A stretch of DNA of 64,000 nucleotides from a virus. Location of the stretch: the IMG/VR virus record IMGVR_UViG_3300024999_000086, positions 8,109 through 72,108 of that record. One strand, given 5' to 3'. The notes under the pieces were generated by a model. The model had not been told where the DNA came from. It made no database searches and worked only from the letters and a program-made list of their open reading frames with translations. The position numbers and the translations under genes were made by a program. Positions 59,830-64,000 of this stretch are shown in pieces (the stretch's first letter is position 1; each line of letters starts with the position of its first letter).

Positions 59830-61581
59830 ATGTTGGATCTTTACTCCCGGCATCTGACACGCCTTTCAGCTGGCCTCTCCAGAACAAAAACAAGTATTTC
59901 CGAATATATCACCCGCTACACCTACCTTGGCGTCAGGCGATTTTCCTACGTCAACCACGAGTACCAGCCCTATATTATCAGCAAGATCGAGGCCGACCCC
60001 GACATCAACCTCTTGCTCTACAAGTGCTCGCAGTTAGGTGTTTCAGAGGTGTTTCACCGGATGATCCTGTCGATGATGGGAATCGAACCGGGCTTCGCCA
60101 CACTCCTGGGCATGCCATCGCAAACTTTTTCTCAAGAAGTAATGAAGACTCGAATCTCACAGATTATTCGGTCGAGTAAAGTACTTCGAGAGTTATCGGA
60201 CCCGAAAGTGGACTCGTCATCGGTCAAGCAGTTTATAAACGGCTCAATCTTGTACGCGCTGGGCGCCGGCGAGCAGTCAGGCGCCAGTTCACTGATCAAC
60301 CGACCGATCAAGCTTGTTTGTATTGATGAACTGGATCGGTGCTCAATGGATATCGTGACTGGTTTCCGCTCCCGACAAACCCACTCTGTCCACAAACCGC
60401 GGATCTATATATCAACACCGACCTATGAGGGCCTGGGAATTGATGGTGAGAGCGACGACGCCGAGGTCCATCGCAACGTCGTCAAGTGTGAGCACTGCGG
60501 GCACCATTTCTTTCCTGACTATTACGAAAACATCAGGCTGCCGGGCTTTGATCAGCCCTTGGAGCTTCTCACAAAGTCCGAGATCGACGCCAACGGCAAC
60601 ATCAACATCGACGAAGCCTATTTATTCTGCCCAAAGTGCCAAAAAATCCCCAGTTTGGCCCCGAAACATCGTGAATTTGTGATAGAAACCCCCCAGAAAT
60701 CAACGATTGAGCGGAAAATTTGTATCAAATTAAGCCCTTTTGACGCCCCAGGCTTCATCACGGTGCCGGATTTAATCCGCTCCAGCTTCATTTACTCTGA
60801 CAATAACGAGTTCAGGAACCAGGCCTTGGGGCTGCCGGTGAAGGCTTCAGACAGCTCTATCGACAGAAGCCTCCTCAGATTTGAGAACATCGAAGTGCCC
60901 CAGGACTCGGTCAACGTCATCGGCTTGGACATGGGCAAGCTCTGTCACTTGATCAGGCTGTCGATGACGCCCAGCAACCACATCATCATCCACTCGCCCG
61001 AGATAATTCCGTTGGAGTTGATCCCGGAAGAGGTCCAGGACGTGTTCCACGGCGTGAACGCGGCCCACGTCGCTTCCTTGGTCGTGGATAGCCAGCCGTA
61101 CACGGACACGGTCAACAAATTAGTCACGCTCCACCCGCAAGTCTGGTCCGCATTATACACTGTTCCTGTCCAGCCCAAGCCGGAACTCTATTGGTTGAAG
61201 ACTGAAGAGACTGAAGAAGGCGACAACAACCCCTACAAAATTGCCAACCGTGTCGCCGATTACAAGGTCAGGCAAATCACCATCAACAAAAATCCCTTTT
61301 TCGACTACACCGCGGGCCTTCTGCAGTCAGAACAACTCAAATTCAAATCAGGTCCCTATGATCTCCAGGTCCTTAACCACATCCTTGATATGCGCAGGAT
61401 CCGGGACCATAGATACGCCGAGATGAGATATCGATGGGTAAAGAGTAAGAAGGGAGCAGATCACTTTTTCCATGCAATCAACTACGGCGTCGCCGCGTTT
61501 AAACTGATTGATACCATTTCAACCGCATCGATCCTGCCTCGAGTTCTGCTTCATAAGGTAAAATTGCAGAAGCAAGTGTGA
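59830..61581 (+). CDS. terL: Terminase large subunit (lambda GpA-like ATPase plus nuclease)
   Basis: KCSQLGVSE, CIDELD, ISTPT, CEHC/CPKC, IGLDMG and DHFFHA motifs. Confidence 0.88.
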   Translation: MLDLYSRHLTRLSAGLSRTKTSISEYITRYTYLGVRRFSYVNHEYQPYIISKIEADPDINLLLYKCSQLGVSEVFHRMILSMMGIEPGFATLLGMPSQTFSQEVMKTRISQIIRSSKVLRELSDPKVDSSSVKQFINGSILYALGAGEQSGASSLINRPIKLVCIDELDRCSMDIVTGFRSRQTHSVHKPRIYISTPTYEGLGIDGESDDAEVHRNVVKCEHCGHHFFPDYYENIRLPGFDQPLELLTKSEIDANGNINIDEAYLFCPKCQKIPSLAPKHREFVIETPQKSTIERKICIKLSPFDAPGFITVPDLIRSSFIYSDNNEFRNQALGLPVKASDSSIDRSLLRFENIEVPQDSVNVIGLDMGKLCHLIRLSMTPSNHIIIHSPEIIPLELIPEEVQDVFHGVNAAHVASLVVDSQPYTDTVNKLVTLHPQVWSALYTVPVQPKPELYWLKTEETEEGDNNPYKIANRVADYKVRQITINKNPFFDYTAGLLQSEQLKFKSGPYDLQVLNHILDMRRIRDHRYAEMRYRWVKSKKGADHFFHAINYGVAAFKLIDTISTASILPRVLLHKVKLQKQV

Positions 61582-61619
61582 CATCATTGGTAACATTGCA
61601 ATAAAAGTTACTGCAGCGC

Positions 61620-61689
61620 TTGACTTTTTACCCGCATTCCTCTACACTTAGATAAGAGTACATTGAAGTACTGAAGAAGTTCAGTACTT
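61620..61689 (+). promoter_or_regulatory. sigma70 promoter for head genes plus leader hairpin
   Basis: TTGACT-N17-TACACT (61620-61648); AAGTACTGAA-GAAG-TTCAGTACTT (61666-61689). Confidence 0.6.
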
Positions 61690-61724
61690 TTACTGCAACT
61701 ATCTGGGAGTGAAGAGACTGCGAC

Positions 61725-63221
61725 GTGGCGATCAAGAACCCCTTCAGCGGGATGCTGACGTCGATTAAGAAAGTAAAGACCAAAGGGCTGGCGCTGCCAT
61801 CCTATTTACGTTCTGCCACCACCAAAAGCAACGCCGACATCAACAACACGACCCCTGATGTCACCAACGTCGACCTTACTCAATACCGCAACCTCGCGAC
61901 CAAACTCGACGTCATCAAGTCGTTGTCGTATGCGTCGCCGGATTGGTCCCAAGCGATCAACTCGCTCCTCAGGTTCGCCATTACCGACGTCTACCAAATC
62001 ACTGCGTTTACTTTCGACGGCAAGGTCGACGTCAACGCCACCAACTATATGCAAGCCCTGGCCGCACGGTTTGACTGTCTCCCTCCTGATTATGACGGAT
62101 TCCACACCCAAACAGACCTGAGGTCAACGTCCGAGTCTTTACTTCGCCAACTTGTGACCTACGGAGCTATGTCGAGTGAACTGGTCCTCTCCCAGTCCCG
62201 GGACGCCTCCCACATCCGGGCAATCTCCGTAAAAGATCTCAAGTTCGAGAATAAAGGCAACAGAGCGGTGCCGTATCTCCAATTGAACACCGGAGGCGCC
62301 GACAACAAATTGTCGTTGGATTCGCCGTTGTTCTTCTACACCTCGCTTGACCAGGACCTTGACGAAGCCTACGCAATATCCCCCATGACGTCGGCCGTGC
62401 AACCAGTGCTTGCCAATGAGGAATTCAAAAACGACCTGCGGCGGGCGTTTAGAAAGGCCGCGTTGCCCAGGATCAAGGCCACGATCCAGACCAAAGAATT
62501 TCAAGAGTCCCTGCCGGCAGCCGTCCGTTACGACGAGACCAAGCTCAAGGCCTACATGGACAACCTGATCACAGACCTCGAGAACAAACTCAACAGCCTG
62601 AACCCTGAAGACGCCTTGGTCTTCTTCGACATCCTGACCGTGGAGCACCACTCTGCCGGCAACATCAGCTTTCACGAGAACATTGAAGCCTACAAGAACC
62701 TCATCGACGCCAACGTCGCCGCCGGCGTCAAGACCCTGCCCAGCGTCTTGGGTCGGGGCGAGTCCCAGAGCGTAGCTTCCACAGAATCAATGCTCTATCT
62801 GCGGTATGTCGAGGGCATTCAAGAGAAACTGAACACCCATTACTCAAAGAAATTCACCTTGGCAGCACGTCTTGCCGGGTTCGACGTCTACTGCCACTTC
62901 AAATATGCGGACCCGGAACTGCGGCCGAAGTCGGAGTTGGCCACATTCGAGTCCATGAAACAAAGCACGGTCCTGGAGCGGCTCAGTCTCGGGTTTGTTT
63001 CCGACGAAGAAGCCTCGATCAACCTTACCGGCAAGCTCCCGTCAGGACAGTTTACGCCACTGTCCGGGACCGGGTTCTTCGAGAAGAAGGCTGAGGTGGA
63101 GAATCCATATTCCAATACCTCTGTCTCCGGTGACGGCGTGACCGCGACCAAGAGCCAGAAAGACACCAAATCCAACGCCCCGACCGGGAACAAGCGCACC
63201 GGCGGGCAGCAGGGGAGATAA
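61725..63221 (+). CDS. Portal protein
   Basis: 498 aa between terL and the prohead protease; helical, with 'PSVLG' and 'LGFVSDEEA' portal-like segments. Confidence 0.75.
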   Translation: MAIKNPFSGMLTSIKKVKTKGLALPSYLRSATTKSNADINNTTPDVTNVDLTQYRNLATKLDVIKSLSYASPDWSQAINSLLRFAITDVYQITAFTFDGKVDVNATNYMQALAARFDCLPPDYDGFHTQTDLRSTSESLLRQLVTYGAMSSELVLSQSRDASHIRAISVKDLKFENKGNRAVPYLQLNTGGADNKLSLDSPLFFYTSLDQDLDEAYAISPMTSAVQPVLANEEFKNDLRRAFRKAALPRIKATIQTKEFQESLPAAVRYDETKLKAYMDNLITDLENKLNSLNPEDALVFFDILTVEHHSAGNISFHENIEAYKNLIDANVAAGVKTLPSVLGRGESQSVASTESMLYLRYVEGIQEKLNTHYSKKFTLAARLAGFDVYCHFKYADPELRPKSELATFESMKQSTVLERLSLGFVSDEEASINLTGKLPSGQFTPLSGTGFFEKKAEVENPYSNTSVSGDGVTATKSQKDTKSNAPTGNKRTGGQQGR

Positions 63222-63223
63222 TC

Positions 63224-64000
63224 GTGGACAAAAAACACCTCTTACGCCGCAAGATCTGCCTGATAGCCGAGGGTTCGGAACAGGACCTCCTCAGCCTAGA
63301 GAACCGGATCTTCGAATTGCAGGGTGACAGTGAGGCCCTTGCGGCGTATTCCCTTCAGCAGGCCGGGGCCGACGAGAAGAGAGAGCGCCCGTACCAGGTC
63401 CACGACGGGGTTGCCATTATCGAGATGAAGGGGCCGTTGGTAGCAAGAACGACCTGGATGTCGAGGTGGATGGGGGCGATGTCCTATGAAGATCTCCGGG
63501 CCCAGTTCGTCGAAGCGGTTATGGATGACGAAGTCGAGAGCATCCTCATCGACGCCGACACCCCGGGCGGGCAAGTGAATGGGCTGGGGGAACTGTCCGG
63601 GCTCTTGGACAAGATCAAGACCATCAAGCCGGTCGACACCTACGTTGCCGGCGGACTTCTGTCCGCGGGCTATTGGGTAGGGTCGGCGACTCGGAAGATA
63701 TACGCTTCCGAGACTGCATTCGTGGGTTCGATTGGGGTCGTCATTACCCATACGTCCTACGAAAAGGCCTACGAGAATGCTGGGATCAAGGTCACCAAGA
63801 TCAAATCCGGCGAGAAAAAGCAAGTAGGGTCGTCCGAAAAAGACCTTTCCGCCGATGACAAAAAGTACCTCCAGGGCCAGGTCGACGACCTGTTCACCCT
63901 GTTTAAGCGGCATGTGCTTTCGCATCGGCCGCAGGTCAACGCCGACACGTTTGACGGGTCGGAGTATGTAGCGGATAAAGCCTTGGCAATGGGGCTACAT
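63224..64000 (+). CDS. S49-family prohead protease (3'-truncated; not in ORF track)
   Basis: Translated by eye from GTG 63224: YQVHDGVAIIEMKGPL, SYEDL, ILIDADTPGG, SAGYWVGSA, VGSIGVV. Confidence 0.85.
   Translation, partial: MDKKHLLRRKICLIAEGSEQDLLSLENRIFELQGDSEALAAYSLQQAGADEKRERPYQVHDGVAIIEMKGPLVARTTWMSRWMGAMSYEDLRAQFVEAVMDDEVESILIDADTPGGQVNGLGELSGLLDKIKTIKPVDTYVAGGLLSAGYWVGSATRKIYASETAFVGSIGVVITHTSYEKAYENAGIKVTKIKSGEKKQVGSSEKDLSADDKKYLQGQVDDLFTLFKRHVLSHRPQVNADTFDGSEYVADKALAMGLH

Noticed and set aside
1-64000. Alternative genetic code or integrated prophage boundary
   Set aside because: Long genes are intact under code 11 and end in TAA, TAG and TGA. No integrase, att pair or host genes are seen, so lifestyle cannot be determined from this window.

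Overview
The whole window reads as part of one tailed dsDNA phage genome (siphovirus-like, with a lambda GpA-type terminase). No host housekeeping genes, integrase or CRISPR array are visible. Layout: (i) 1-20.8 kb, + strand, late genes: the 3' part of the tape measure gene, tail-tip and fibre genes, two cassettes of signal-peptide-bearing beta-rich proteins, proteins with mucin-like Ser/Pro/Thr tracts beside a glycosyltransferase/methyltransferase cluster, and a lysis region with a GH108 endolysin and a ferredoxin-like gene. (ii) 20.8-59.1 kb, - strand, replication and early genes: split Rad50/SbcC plus Mre11/SbcD, RusA-like resolvase, HNH endonucleases, PolA, primase-helicase, SNF2 helicase, two aberrant tRNA-like RNAs, a Zn-finger/TnpB cassette and many small ORFs. 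(iii) 59.5-64 kb, + strand: terS candidate, terL, portal and a truncated S49 prohead protease. The best candidate for an undescribed system is a phage-encoded mucin-type O-glycosylation module: a GT with ppGalNAc-T (GT27)-like motifs plus sugar methyltransferases, directly downstream of virion-region proteins carrying SPTT/SASS tracts. Other notable signals are a complete sigma54 + IHF + enhancer promoter at the head of the early arm, a 15-bp palindrome repeated seven times, a TnpB lacking the RuvC-II Glu, and a RuvC remnant displaced by an HNH-RusA pair. All calls were made by eye from motifs; no searches were run. An anaerobic Gram-negative (Desulfobacterota-like) host is inference only.
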